Shown here: positions 13,850 through 24,260 of the stretch, one piece after another
Numbering within the stretch: position 1 is the first letter of the stretch
How the letters are laid out: every line of letters starts with the position of its first letter
Assembly (NCBI RefSeq): GCF_009914755.1
Contig: NC_060939.1
Source of the DNA: the human T2T-CHM13v2.0 reference genome, Homo sapiens
DNA: 64,000 nt
Direction: 5' to 3' (one strand)
The notes under the pieces: generated by a model
Seen by the model: only the letters and a program-made list of their open reading frames with translations
Databases searched by the model: none
Told to the model about the DNA's origin: nothing
Made by a program: the position numbers and the translations under genes

Positions 13850-13914
13850 CTGTACCACGCGGCTGTCAGTGTCCGGAGTCTCCAGGGCAGAGCGCCCCGG
13901 GGAGGGCTGGGCCC

Positions 13915-15009
13915 TCAGAGCAGCAGGAGGGCGCCCAGGGACAGCTCACCCTGGCCCAGCAGGCGGCCCCGATCCCGGCCGCGACCCTCATCCCGGGCCT
14001 TGACGCGAACGGCCAGGCGGCGCACCTCGTCTTCCGAGAGGCCGTCGAAGCAAAAGTCCTGGTCAAAGGAGGCCTTGCGGCTGCGCCCCACCACAGCGCT
14101 GCATTGCCAACGCGCAGTGCCCGGCGGCCGCAGGACGAGGCTGAGGCGGCAGCGGACGGCGCGGGGCCCGGGGGCGCCTCCGACCAGGCTCTCCGCGCGG
14201 AGCAGCCGGAGGCGGAGACGCCGGGTTCCCGGACAGTACTCAGCAGCCAGGCGCAGGGCGTCGCCGGCGCGGCCCAGAGCCACGGTGCCCTTGGCCTCCA
14301 GGCGCTCAGGAAGCGGGGCCCTGGATGACAGCGGGCTCGAGGAGGGGGCCCGGGCCGGGGACTCGGATCCCGCGCGGCGCTCCTCGTCCTCGTTCCCGCT
14401 GGAGACGGAGCGGACGCGGGCCAGGCGGCGACTCCTTCCAGCCCGCAGCGCGCGACTCAGCAGCCCGTCGGGGACGCGCAGGAGGCGGCAGCGGCGGGGC
14501 CCCGCAGCGAGCGCGTCCTGGGGCAGGCGGGGACCGCCGGGGGCCGCGGGGGTGGCCGGGCCCGGACCTCGCGGGCCGCACAGGGTCCCCAGGGGGGCGT
14601 CCGGGCCTCCGCCGCCGCCGCAGCTGTGGGCCCGGGGCCGGGGCGCGGGCGGGCCCCCGAGCAGGAGCGACTCCTTGCGGCGCGTGTGCGGGCTCTCGAG
14701 CAGCGCGCAGAAGCCGTAGGTGGTGCGCACACGGGGCAGGTGCGGCAGTGACAGCGCTGCCTGCGAGCGCAGGTCCCAGTCCGTGCGGCCGGCGTCCTCG
14801 TCTGCCGCGCGGGGCCACAGGTCGCTTTCAGCGGCGCAGCGCCGGGGCACGGCGGCGGCCCGGATTGGAGACTCGAGCGTGCAAGGGGCCGGCAGCCGCG
14901 GCGGGATGCAGAATTCGGGGATGCGATTCGGCGTGAGCACTTTGGCGAAGGCGGGCTTCGGCGCGGAGCTGCCTGCGGCCGAGGAACAGAGTTTCTCGAG
15001 GAGCCGCAT
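13915..15009 (-). CDS. C2CD4B: C2 calcium-dependent domain-containing protein 4B (NLF2/FAM148B), 364 aa, single coding exon
   Basis: The ORF starts [37 protein letters not shown]. It carries the family motifs [29 protein letters not shown] and a C-terminal C2-like domain ending [15 protein letters not shown]. The N-terminus is the 4B type rather than 4A. Kozak context ccaaggATGC (A at -3). Confidence 0.97.
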   Translation of the reverse strand: MRLLEKLCSSAAGSSAPKPAFAKVLTPNRIPEFCIPPRLPAPCTLESPIRAAAVPRRCAAESDLWPRAADEDAGRTDWDLRSQAALSLPHLPRVRTTYGFCALLESPHTRRKESLLLGGPPAPRPRAHSCGGGGGPDAPLGTLCGPRGPGPATPAAPGGPRLPQDALAAGPRRCRLLRVPDGLLSRALRAGRSRRLARVRSVSSGNEDEERRAGSESPARAPSSSPLSSRAPLPERLEAKGTVALGRAGDALRLAAEYCPGTRRLRLRLLRAESLVGGAPGPRAVRCRLSLVLRPPGTARWQCSAVVGRSRKASFDQDFCFDGLSEDEVRRLAVRVKARDEGRGRDRGRLLGQGELSLGALLLL

Positions 15010-15049
15010 CCTTGGAGGCTGGGGCTAGGAGTGGCGGGAAGAGGTGCGC

Positions 15050-15219
15050 CTGCGGGGGAGAGAAGCTGCTGAGTTTGGGCGCCTGGAGCTGCTGCAGCCC
15101 CTCGACGCGGCTGGATCCCTCCCCCAGACCCTGTAAACGTCCCCCACGTGTTTAAGACCCCAGACCAGTTCCAGCCTTCCTCTCCCCTGCACCCACAACA
15201 AATCAGCCCCGCTTCAGAC
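15050..15219 (-). other. C2CD4B: 170-bp 5'UTR intron of C2CD4B
   Basis: GT donor at 15219 (weak consensus). Strong acceptor ttctctcccccgcag|G ending at 15050, 40 nt upstream of the ATG. Confidence 0.72.
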
Positions 15220-15308
15220 CTTTCTCTCTTCTTCAGTGTCTCTGGATCTGGTTGCAAGCTCAGTGCCAGTGGCCTCTAGCCCGCTGCCGAGGCGCCACCT
15301 TCAGTACT
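15220..15308 (-). other. C2CD4B: Non-coding exon 1 (5'UTR) of C2CD4B
   Basis: Begins at an Inr-like CA (A at 15308), 31 bp from the TATA box, and ends at the donor AAG|GTCTGA. It contains no ATG. Confidence 0.7.
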
Positions 15309-15420
15309 GCGGCCAGGAGAGTGGCGCTCCCCTCTTATACCGTAGGCTGAGTCCCGCCCAGCCGCCAGCGGCCCAACCCGGAGGTGCTGCACAGCCCGCC
15401 TTCCCGCCACCCTCTCCCAC
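15305..15420 (-). promoter_or_regulatory. C2CD4B core promoter: TATA box, Inr and GC boxes
   Basis: TATAAGAG on the minus strand at 15332-15339. Inr-like GCAGTAC around 15308. CCCGCC(C) Sp/KLF boxes at 15353-15359, 15395-15400 and 15403-15408. Confidence 0.75.
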
Positions 15421-15915
15421 GACGCCGGGAGGTCTGCATGCACTGGGCGCTCAGGTCTGCGCGAAGCTGTCGCGGGAGCAGGCACCTTGTGGTCAGCTCT
15501 GGGACCCGCATTTGCAGTGAGTGCGTGGAGCCCCAGGCAAGGCCTGGGAAAGGTTGCAGGTGAAGAGAGGGCACCCTGTCGTCCTGCCAAGGAAAAATTG
15601 GCGGCTGAAAATGTTTCTGGCTTCTTGGAGAAGGTGAGGCTGGACGAGGAAACAGGAAGTTAATTTGGCTAGGAGATAAACCGTCACTCACCCTGCATGT
15701 AACCTGGACGTGACCTGCACGTCCTGGGAGCTTCTGTTTTCCTGTCCCCACGCACTCGCAGCGTGCAGACCAATATGGTTTCCAGTTATTTATATACTTA
15801 TTTACTGTCTGTCTCCCTCTGCTAGACTGTGCTCTTTTTGATAGCATAGGCCCTGGCTCAGTCCATGCCCTAAGTACTGGTGAAGTGGGTAAATTAATCG
15901 TTGAGAAAATTTCTG

Positions 15916-15951
15916 ATCGCTTCTTGGTCTTTTGGCTAAGATCAAGTGGAG
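15916..15951 (+). pseudogene. Tailless 5' fragment of U2 snRNA (retropseudogene)
   Basis: ATCGCTTCTTGGTCTTTTGGCTAAGATCAAGTGGAG versus U2 nt 1-36 ATCGCTTCTCGGCCTTTTGGCTAAGATCAAGTGTAG (3 mismatches). Degenerate TSD gagaaaatttctg / gagaaagcctctg. Confidence 0.88.
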
Positions 15952-17230
15952 AAAGCCTCTGAATGGCTGCAGGCTCTGCCTGTCATCTTGATAGTTACAA
16001 AACATGGGGCTTCTGGCTCCTGCCCTAAAATAACACTTGACGTTTTTAAAACTACCCCTTTTTTTTTGCTCTAGCACGGAGGTATCCAGTTAGAAAGCAC
16101 CTTCCCGAAATATAGATTCCTTCTTTCCACCCCCGACCTTCATTTTCTGAGATGTGAAGACTGAAATCCCAGAGGGACCTGAGGAAATTCCAGAAAGGTT
16201 AAAAAGAGCCAGTTAATGGCAGAAGCTGGAACTAGCAATTTCCTGTTTCTTTGGCTTTGCATGTGATGCTTCCTGTGATCTGAAATGCCTTTTCTCTGCT
16301 TTTTCTTTATATAGGAATTCCTGTTTATTTTCTGTAATTCAGCCCACGCATCGTCCCTTTCAGGTGCCTTCACCCACCCAGCCGCCGCGGAACTCCCCTG
16401 CTCCAGTTCCTCAGTCCCTCCTCATTTCCTTCCTACATCTAGGGGCCACCATTGTTGCGGTTCGCATGCTGCTTTGGAATTTTCGGTTTACAGTTTTGTC
16501 TCCCCCTAATAGCCTTGTGGGTTTTCAGTGGGCAAGGACTGGGGCAGCTCAACCAGAAGGGGATTTCGGGAGTCTATTATGAATAAATGAAAAATAAAAG
16601 TCCTAAGATCAAGAACTGGGATTGCCTCCATCCCGGTTGCCTTATCCAGGCTACAAGCCTGGCTGTCTTATTCGTCTCTACGTAATTCTAGCACCCAGGA
16701 TACAATGCCAGGCAAATAGTAAGGGCTTAGTAAATATTTGATGAATTGTATTGAATTGATACTGATCTGCAGGTCTTATGACTGTCAGGTGCTATCAACC
16801 ACATATCTCTCTACGTAATTTGATTTCTTTCTCACAGAAAACCAATAAGGAAGACATTTTTTCTGTTTCCCAGATGAGAAACTGAGGGACTTGTCTAGGG
16901 TCATTCAAGCTATGATCATAGCGTACATAGAGCCTAAGTCCTAGCTTTTTGGCTAATTTCTTCTAATTCATTCCGTCTTTCCTTTCTTCCTTTTTTCTGT
17001 TCTTCCATCCTTCCTCCATCTATTCACTCAGTTCAATATAATGCAGAGTCTACTGTGTGATTTGTATCGCCCTTTACACCCAGAATGTTAATTCTTACAG
17101 CATCTCAGTCTACTGTTAAGTAGTATTTTCCACTATACTTGCTTTGGAATAAGCCCCACTATTTTTAAATCCTTAAAGGTGAAAAGAGTAAGTGTTTCTC
17201 TGGGCTAATAATACTTTACTGCTTAATTGA

Positions 17231-17514
17231 CCCACAGGTTCCGCATCCCCCAATTCAACCAACCACGGATGGAAAATATTTGGAAAAAATAATAATACAA
17301 AAGAAATGAAGCAATAAAATAACTATTCACATAGCATTTACATTGTAGTAGGTGTTAGAAGTAATCTAGAGATGACTTAAAGTATATGAGAGGATATTCA
17401 TAGGTTACGTGCAAATACTATGCCTTTTTATATAAGGAACTTGAACATCTGAGGATTTTGGTATCTTGAGGGACCTTGGAACCAATCCCCCTCAGACACT
17501 GAGGGACACTTGTA
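17231..17514 (-). mobile_element. MER2-like (TcMar-Tigger) DNA transposon MITE
   Basis: ggttccgcatcc...ttcaaccaaccacggatggaaaatatt and ggattttggtatc...ggaaccaatcccc...gagggacac termini. Confidence 0.8.
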
Positions 17515-18229
17515 TGCTTTTTTAATGGGGCAAGTATCGATCAATATGCAGCCACTGGGGCCAGGGAGCAGTAGCCATTCCTGCTAAAGCCAGATTTTCA
17601 GGCACAAACATCCCGAGGGGTGTCTGACAGGATCATTTCCCTGTGATTCTTCAGGCCAATGTGCTGATTCATGGGCAAACGGTCTCTCTAAAGTGGAGCA
17701 CACCTGCATTATGTCCTGCAGTAGATGCAGCTCGTTTCAAATGAAACCTCAGTGAAAATGGCCTTGGTGACAATGAACACTCAGACATCATATCGGTGGG
17801 TGAAAGATGCTGAAAGCAGGACATGGGATTTGAGTGATTGCACTCCCAGCACGTCCATGTTTACAGAGCAACGCAAACGTGGCTATTAACACAATCCCTA
17901 TCTAGAGGGTTTTCCAGAACTGTTATCTTCCCATGAATCAATATTCTATAGAAGAGAAAGTAAGATACAGGGAAATTAAATTACTTACCCAGGGATCCTT
18001 TTCAGATAGTCACTTATTCAACCACAGCTATAGGCTGGAACCCACAGTTGGAGGCCTGGCTTCCTTCCATATTCTTAAATCACACTGGGAGAAAATAAAA
18101 AACAGCTCCTCAATGGAAACTTTGATCGCTCCAGTTGTTTCAGTTTTGTGCCTCATAACCACATAAAGGCCACTATCATCTTGTATTCAAACCTTGAAAT
18201 TGTTATTTTAAAGAAATGATCTCTTTAAT

Positions 18230-18470
18230 AACAATAATGTTTACTGACTATGTAGTAGGTGGAAGTCATGTTAAATGCTTCATATACTTTATCTTATCTA
18301 ATCAACCCTATAAAGAAGGTAGAGATGCAGAAACAGGCTCACAAAGGGAAAAAAACAGAATAAAACTTCTCATAAATCTCACATACAGTAAAAGCAGGGC
18401 TGGAACTCAAATCCAGATCCATCTGGCTCATGGTCCTGTGTGCTTATAACCCCTTCCCTACAGTGCCTCT
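18230..18470 (-). mobile_element. MIR SINE
   Basis: agatgcagaaacaggctc...cagggctggaactcaaatccag. Confidence 0.6.
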
Positions 18471-19420
18471 CTCAAAGCCATTTCTCCTGAACCCAGCTCC
18501 TCTCTAGGTAGCTAGATAATAGAGAAAGAGACCCTTGTTCCAAGGCCTTGAATTGAAACTTACACACCTTATTGATTATACCAGTACCTCATATATTAAA
18601 GCATGACATTGTCATAAGCAGGAAAGCATGCGTTATGCACAGTAGTGCTGTGCCATTTGTAGACAGAATCCTTGTCCCCCCAGGAAGTATAGTCGTTCTC
18701 TTTATGTTATACCTACTTCCAAAAAAAGGATTGGGGTTGTTTACATAACAAGGACCCAGGGAATTTATCAGCTGCTGGAAACTGATATGATGAAAATGGA
18801 AAAGACATGCAATTAACTGAATGACAAACCTTGAATGAGGTCACAAATTGACATATGTCAACACCTATGCCCCGAGGGTGGGAAGGGTAAGGTGTAAAGG
18901 CAGTTAAAGAGTCTCTAGTGGAAAGGCTTGGAACGGTGAGAAGTTCTAAAGGAGCCTCATGGTCCACTAGCCTTGGAAGGCCATGGAAGAACCAGTCTGA
19001 ATGTTTAGCAGTGTGGGAATGGCTGTGTCCCTTTACGGAACAAAACACAGTCATGGGAAATCATTATCTAGAAGACTGTAGCAACAGTCTGCATTCTGTT
19101 CATGAGATTCACTTATGTTACATGTATAGCGCTAGTTCATTCGCTTTCACTGACTTACAGTATTCCATCATTTAATGTACTCTGTTTTCTCGCTGACAGA
19201 TATTTTGATTGTTTCTGATTCTTCCAATGCTGGTATGATCATTTGTGTACCTGTCTTCTTAATCATCTATGCAAAAGTTATCTAGAGTACATCTCTAGGA
19301 ATATAATAGCTGGTAATAGGATATTTGCATCTTCAATTTTAATGCAAAATCAGTTTCCTCGTCATCAATATATAAGATTTCCTATGGCTTCACATCCTCA
19401 ACTATACTATTATTATCAGA

Positions 19421-19700
19421 GAGTTATGGACTGAATGTGTATGTCTCCACCACCAAATTCCTATGTTGAAATCCTAACCCCCAATGTGACAGTATTAAGA
19501 AATGGGTGAGGTGATTAGGTTATGAGCCCTGATGAATGGGATTAGAGCCTTTATAAAAGAGTCCTCAAAGAGCCCTCACACCTTTCCACCATGTGAGGAC
19601 ACAGCTAGAGGGGAACCCTCACCAGACACTGAATCTGCCAATGCCTTGATCTTGTACTTTCTATCCCCAAAACTGTGAGAAATAGATGTTGTTGAAACCG
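19421..19700 (+). mobile_element. MLT1A-like MaLR LTR fragment
   Basis: gttatggactgaatgtgt...aaattcctatgttgaaatcctaacccccaatgtga...ccatgtgaggacacagc. Confidence 0.75.
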
Positions 19701-19705
19701 TCCAT

Positions 19706-19884
19706 CTGAGTAGCTAGGACCACAGATACTTGCCACCAGGCCTGGCTAATTTTTGTATTTTTTGTAGAGTCAGGGTTTCACCATGTTGCCCAGGCTGGTC
19801 TGGTACTCCTGAGCTCAAGCAATCCACCCACCTCAGCCTCCCAAAGTATTGGGATTAGAGGTGTGAGCCACTGCACGCAGCCCA
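19706..19884 (-). mobile_element. Partial AluJ/S
   Basis: ctgagtagctagg...ctaatttttgtatttttt...cctcccaaagtattgggatta. Confidence 0.85.
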
Positions 19885-19915
19885 GATGTTTAGTAAATAC
19901 CGCTACTATGGTGAG

Positions 19916-20051
19916 TGTTACGTGTTGAACTGTGTCCCCACCTATTCATATGTTGAAGTCCTGAACTGAAGTACCTCAGGATGTAACCATATTTGGAGAT
20001 CAGGTCTTTAAAGAGGTATTTAAGGTTAAATGAAATCATTAGGGTGGGCCA
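19916..20051 (+). mobile_element. MLT1B-like LTR 5' fragment
   Basis: tgttacgtgttgaactgtgtcccc...ttcatatgttgaagtcct...cattagggtgggcc. Confidence 0.7.
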
Positions 20052-20233
20052 TGTAACTGTCTGTGTCTTGCTTTTTGTATTTTTATGAAGTCTTTGGAGA
20101 AATAAAAGTTTTTAATTTTAATGTAATCAGATGTCTCAATCTTTTCCTTTGTAATTTTGCTTAAAAAATAATCTTTTCCCCTGAAATAATAAAGATTTTT
20201 TTTCTGTGTAGTAATAAAGGTATTTTTTCTATA

Positions 20234-20599
20234 CAGACAGTTCCTGATTTATGATGGTTCTGCTCAACGATCTTTTGATTTTATGATGGTACAAAAGTAA
20301 TATGCATCCAGTGGAAACCATAATTCAAGTACCCATATGACCATTCTGTCTTTCACTTTCAGTATAATATTCAATAAATTACATGAAATATTCAACACAT
20401 TATTACAAAATAGGCTTTGTGTTAGATGACTTTGCCCAACTTCAGGCTAATGTGTATGTTCTGAGCATGTTTAAGGTAGGCTAGGCTGGGCTATGATGTT
20501 TGGTAGGTTAGGTTACTAAATGCATTTTGGACTTACAATATTTTCAACTTAGGATGGGTTTATTGGGATGTAACCCTATCACGAATTGAGGAGCACTGG
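20234..20599 (-). mobile_element. MER47A (Tigger) MITE
   Basis: tgttctgagcatgtttaaggtaggctaggct...gatgggtttattgggatgtaaccc. Flanked by TA at 20232-33 and 20600-01. Confidence 0.82.
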
Positions 20600-21201
20600 T
20601 ATTCTGATATTTTGAAAGTTTTGCTTTTTTTACATTTAGATCTTTAAACCACTACTGGAGAGAATTTTCAGTGTTCTCTAAAGATGAAAAGAGCTTCTGT
20701 AAGAGGTGGTATGCTCATTTTGGGAGGTGTTCAAGTAGTCTGGACAATCATGAGGTAGGGATGTTATTAAAAAAATTCAAAAACCATATGGATATATAGA
20801 CTCTAGTCTATTTGGTCATGGATTTGAGTACAATAGATGGTGTTGCTAGAAAATAGTCCAATATTTCAAATATTAATCAGAATACTTAATTTTCCTATCT
20901 TGGCTACACTTGGCTTGCTGATTCATATTTAAAAGGCAGAACTAACTCTAAGTCATTTAAGTTTACGTACATACCAACGATGTTGTAAACTGACAAACCG
21001 CCACCTTTGGTAATTGCGAAGAATTAAACAAACTATAGCTTCCTGCCTTGCAACATGACTGTTCTCATTTCATGGTGGAGTCTGGGGACTAAATGTTGCT
21101 CTTATTTTTCATATTTGTCACAGAAAACACAGGCTGCCTAGGTTCCTGTTCCAGCTCCACCCCTATCTAGCTATGTGAGCTTCATCAAGTTCCTTAGTTT
21201 T

Positions 21202-21551
21202 TGGGTTTTTTGTTTTTTGGGGGGTTTTTTGTTTGTTCTTTTTTTTTTTTTTTTTTTTTTTTGAGATAGAGTCTCCCTTTTGTCACCCAGGCTGGAGTGC
21301 GGCTGCATGATCTCAGCTCACTGCAACCTCCACCTCCCAGGCTCAAGCAATTCTTCTGTCTGCCTCAGCCTCCTGAGTAGCCGGGATTACAGGTGCCCGC
21401 CACCACTCCCGCTAATGTTTTTTGTATTTTTAGTAGAGACAGGGTTTCACCATGTTGTCCAAACTGGTCTCGAACTCCTGACCTCCAGTGATCTGACCAT
21501 CTCAGCCTCCCAAAGTGCTGAGATTACAGGTATGAGCCACCGTGTCCGGCC
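21202..21551 (-). mobile_element. AluS inserted into a MIR
   Basis: Full dimer with long T tail. TSD agttccttagtttt at 21188-21201 and 21552-21565. Confidence 0.95.
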
Positions 21552-22628
21552 AGTTCCTTAGTTTTTTAAGCCTACGTTTTTCATCTATAGAATGAGGTTA
21601 ATAATTATAACTATATCCTAGGCTTATGGTCATTAGTAACCCATTTAAAGTCATTGTGATATAGTGTCTGGGATTTGCTTAGTAAACCTTATCGATTTTT
21701 TAGTAGTAGTAACAAAGGAAATAGTGTGTCACAACTATACTCATTATTATATCAGATTAAATTTTTAGGACACAGATGAGAATTTGAAAAAGAACTAAGG
21801 AAAGAAAGACAACTAACCTTAATGGGCACCTATTCTAAGTTAAGCCTTTTACAAACAAGTAAGTTTTACTAAAGTAAGTTTTACTAAAGTTACTTGGCCT
21901 ATAACCACAGAGCTGGGATATAACGCCATTATCTTAGGCAAAAGTCTAAACCGTTCATGATCTTAACACTGCTTTTCAGATGTTACCTGCAGTTCAAACA
22001 AGTTGCCAGGCCCATTCCTCAAAGCTCATTCTGCTTACCTCATTATTTTTGAGAAGTCAGTATAGAACTTCCTCAGAGCGGCTTCCTGACTTTGTGCAAC
22101 TCTTTGCCAGGCCAAGGGAGTTCAGAGCTGGGAAAAGCACATTGTCCTGCATCTTAGGATGCTTAGGGCCCCCGTCCTGGCCCCACCGTTTACCAGCTGG
22201 GCCTGGTAAGCCACTTAACCTTCCCAGATCTTGGTTTCCTCCACATGAAACAAGACACTGAATAGTACCTGGTAATCTTCAAATTTCTTTCTAGAGCTTC
22301 TTTCTCTGTGCAGAGGTTTTTAATGAACTCCCTCCTGGACCCATGCCTATGAAGATTTCCCAGGTCCCTGAACCCTGTGAGCTTTTCTTTCAGCTTCACT
22401 AATTTCCCTGAGCTAGAAACAGACTTCTCAGCAACTAAATCTTGTTCATGGTACTCAACTATTAGAGCTACAATAATGCTTGTCACCAAGAGGATCTAAA
22501 TAAACAGTCTGCCTAAGCATTTAGAAGTTGGCTACCTTGGGAATAGCGCCTGGGTCAATTTCTGAACTAGAAGACAGAACACCAAGTCTATTTCTGGTTT
22601 CACTAGTTAAACGTTTTGTGATAATGGC

Positions 22629-23087
22629 TGTATTCATTTCCTAGGGCTGCCGCAGCAGAATACCACAAACCAAACAGCTTCCAATAACAGATCTTTATGT
22701 TCTCACCACTGTGGAGCCAGGACTCCAAAACGAAGGTGTCGGCAAGGCCATGCCCACCTTGAAACCTGTAGGGGAGCATCCTTTCTCGCCTCTTTCTAGC
22801 TTCTGGTGGTTTGCTAGCAATCCTGGGCGTTTCCTGGCTCACAGCTGCAGGATTTCAAACTCTGCCTCCATTGTCGCATGATGTTCTCCCCTCCTATATC
22901 TGTATCTCTGGATCTCTTCTTTTAAGGACATGAGTTATATTGGATTAAAGGCCCACCCTACTTCAGTATGACCTCATCTTAACTTATAACCTCTGCAAAG
23001 ACCGTTTCCAAATAACATCACATCTTCTGGCACTGAGGATTATGTCTTCAACATGTCATTTGGAGAGACACAATGCAACTCGTAACA
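22629..23087 (-). mobile_element. MLT1C-like MaLR solo LTR
   Basis: tgtattcatttcctagggctgcc...ccacaaac...aaggtgtcggcaaggccatg...tatgacctcatcttaact. Confidence 0.8.
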
Positions 23088-23944
23088 ATGGCTCAATCAC
23101 ATCTTCTCTGCTCCCTCTTTCAACAATGGCTTCCCCACCCAACTTAATATAGGGTGGACAGGGGCAACTTCAGGACCTAAACCAGGGAAAAAGATAGGAG
23201 CCTTCATAAAAATGGAACCATCTATCCCCAGCACAGGAACCAGAGGGCACTTCTCTACCTCTGCTTTTGAAATAAAGAATATTATCATTGTTTCCTCCCC
23301 TGAGGAAATAGAAGAGTAGCCAGCTCAGCTAGGGCTGTCACCTTCCTGAGGTTGCTCCACACTGGCTGACAGCCAACAGCTGCTGCTTAAAAAATAAAAT
23401 ACCCTCATCATAAATAAGGAAATTACTGAATAAGGCTGGAATTTCAAGAGAGGAAATAGGTTGTACTCATTTTCCTGCTCCATAAGAAAGAGGACACGTG
23501 TGACTTCAGGGAGAGGCTGTGGACCAAGTGCGTCAGTACTGAGAGTGGTAGTGAGGGTCCCAGGCTGGTGCAGCATGAAGAGTACCACAAGAAATGCCCA
23601 CCTGTGAGACCGCTGAGGCCGGGCAGCGCCTATCCACCTCCCCACCCACTTTTTCTCAGATCACAGGCCTGGGATCTTGGTACAGTCCAAATGGTGGGGA
23701 AAGAGCATGGAGAATAACAAATACAGAACACTTCTTGTTGACTTCTTCAGGTGAGAGCTCCAGGCGAGATTTGATTTAAATTAGAAAGAAAATGTTACAT
23801 TAGTAGCAACACCAGTATTATGGAGAAATCTGTAGAACTATTGAACTTAGAACTAAGTATTATTTAACTTGCACAGTCTCTGTAAGACATATCATGCACT
23901 TAAACTCTTGTCAGACCAGTAAAGTAAAGTTTATTTTAGTGCTT

Positions 23945-24260
23945 GTCACGGATTGGATTCCCTGGGAAGCAGATGCTGTGTTGGAGATGTGCACATCAGA
24001 ATGTTATTGCAGGAGCATGTTCTTGGGAATACAAATGTGGGGGAGTGAAGAGAAGAAAGCAGGATGAAGCAGAAGGAAAAGAGGAGCTGCAATCCAGTGC
24101 CCAAAGAGCTGTAGAACTGAGATCACTCTGAAGAACTGTCCCAAACTGGAAGAAGAGGGGCAAGTAATTATAATACCCTATTGATAATCATTGGATGAGA
24201 GCTTCCCTGGGGAAGGAGGCATTACTTTGTTCATGGTGGGTCCCTTAAGCTAACGCAGTT
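23945..24260. mobile_element. Old ERVL LTR fragment (LTR33-like)
   Basis: ggattccctgggaagcagatgctg...gggagtgaag...aagcaggat. Confidence 0.5.

Larger units (their letters stand above)
13855..15530. promoter_or_regulatory. CpG island covering the C2CD4B coding exon and promoter
   Basis: Very GC-rich with dense CpG, against AT-rich CpG-depleted flanks. Confidence 0.92.

Noticed and set aside
15770-15778. CArG (SRF) box candidate ccaatatgg
   Set aside because: Only five A/T bases between CC and GG, whereas the consensus needs six.
13866-15847. Many overlapping and antisense ORFs around C2CD4B (e.g. 14000-14719 +, 14325-14936 +, 14306-14818 -, 14457-15257 -)
   Set aside because: Shadow ORFs expected from the scarcity of stop codons in a very GC-rich island. 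They are low-complexity Arg/Pro/Gly translations, and the 266-aa one starts at TTG and runs through the intron.
21857-21890. 15-bp tandem duplication taagttttactaaag
   Set aside because: An ordinary slippage duplication with no sign of function.
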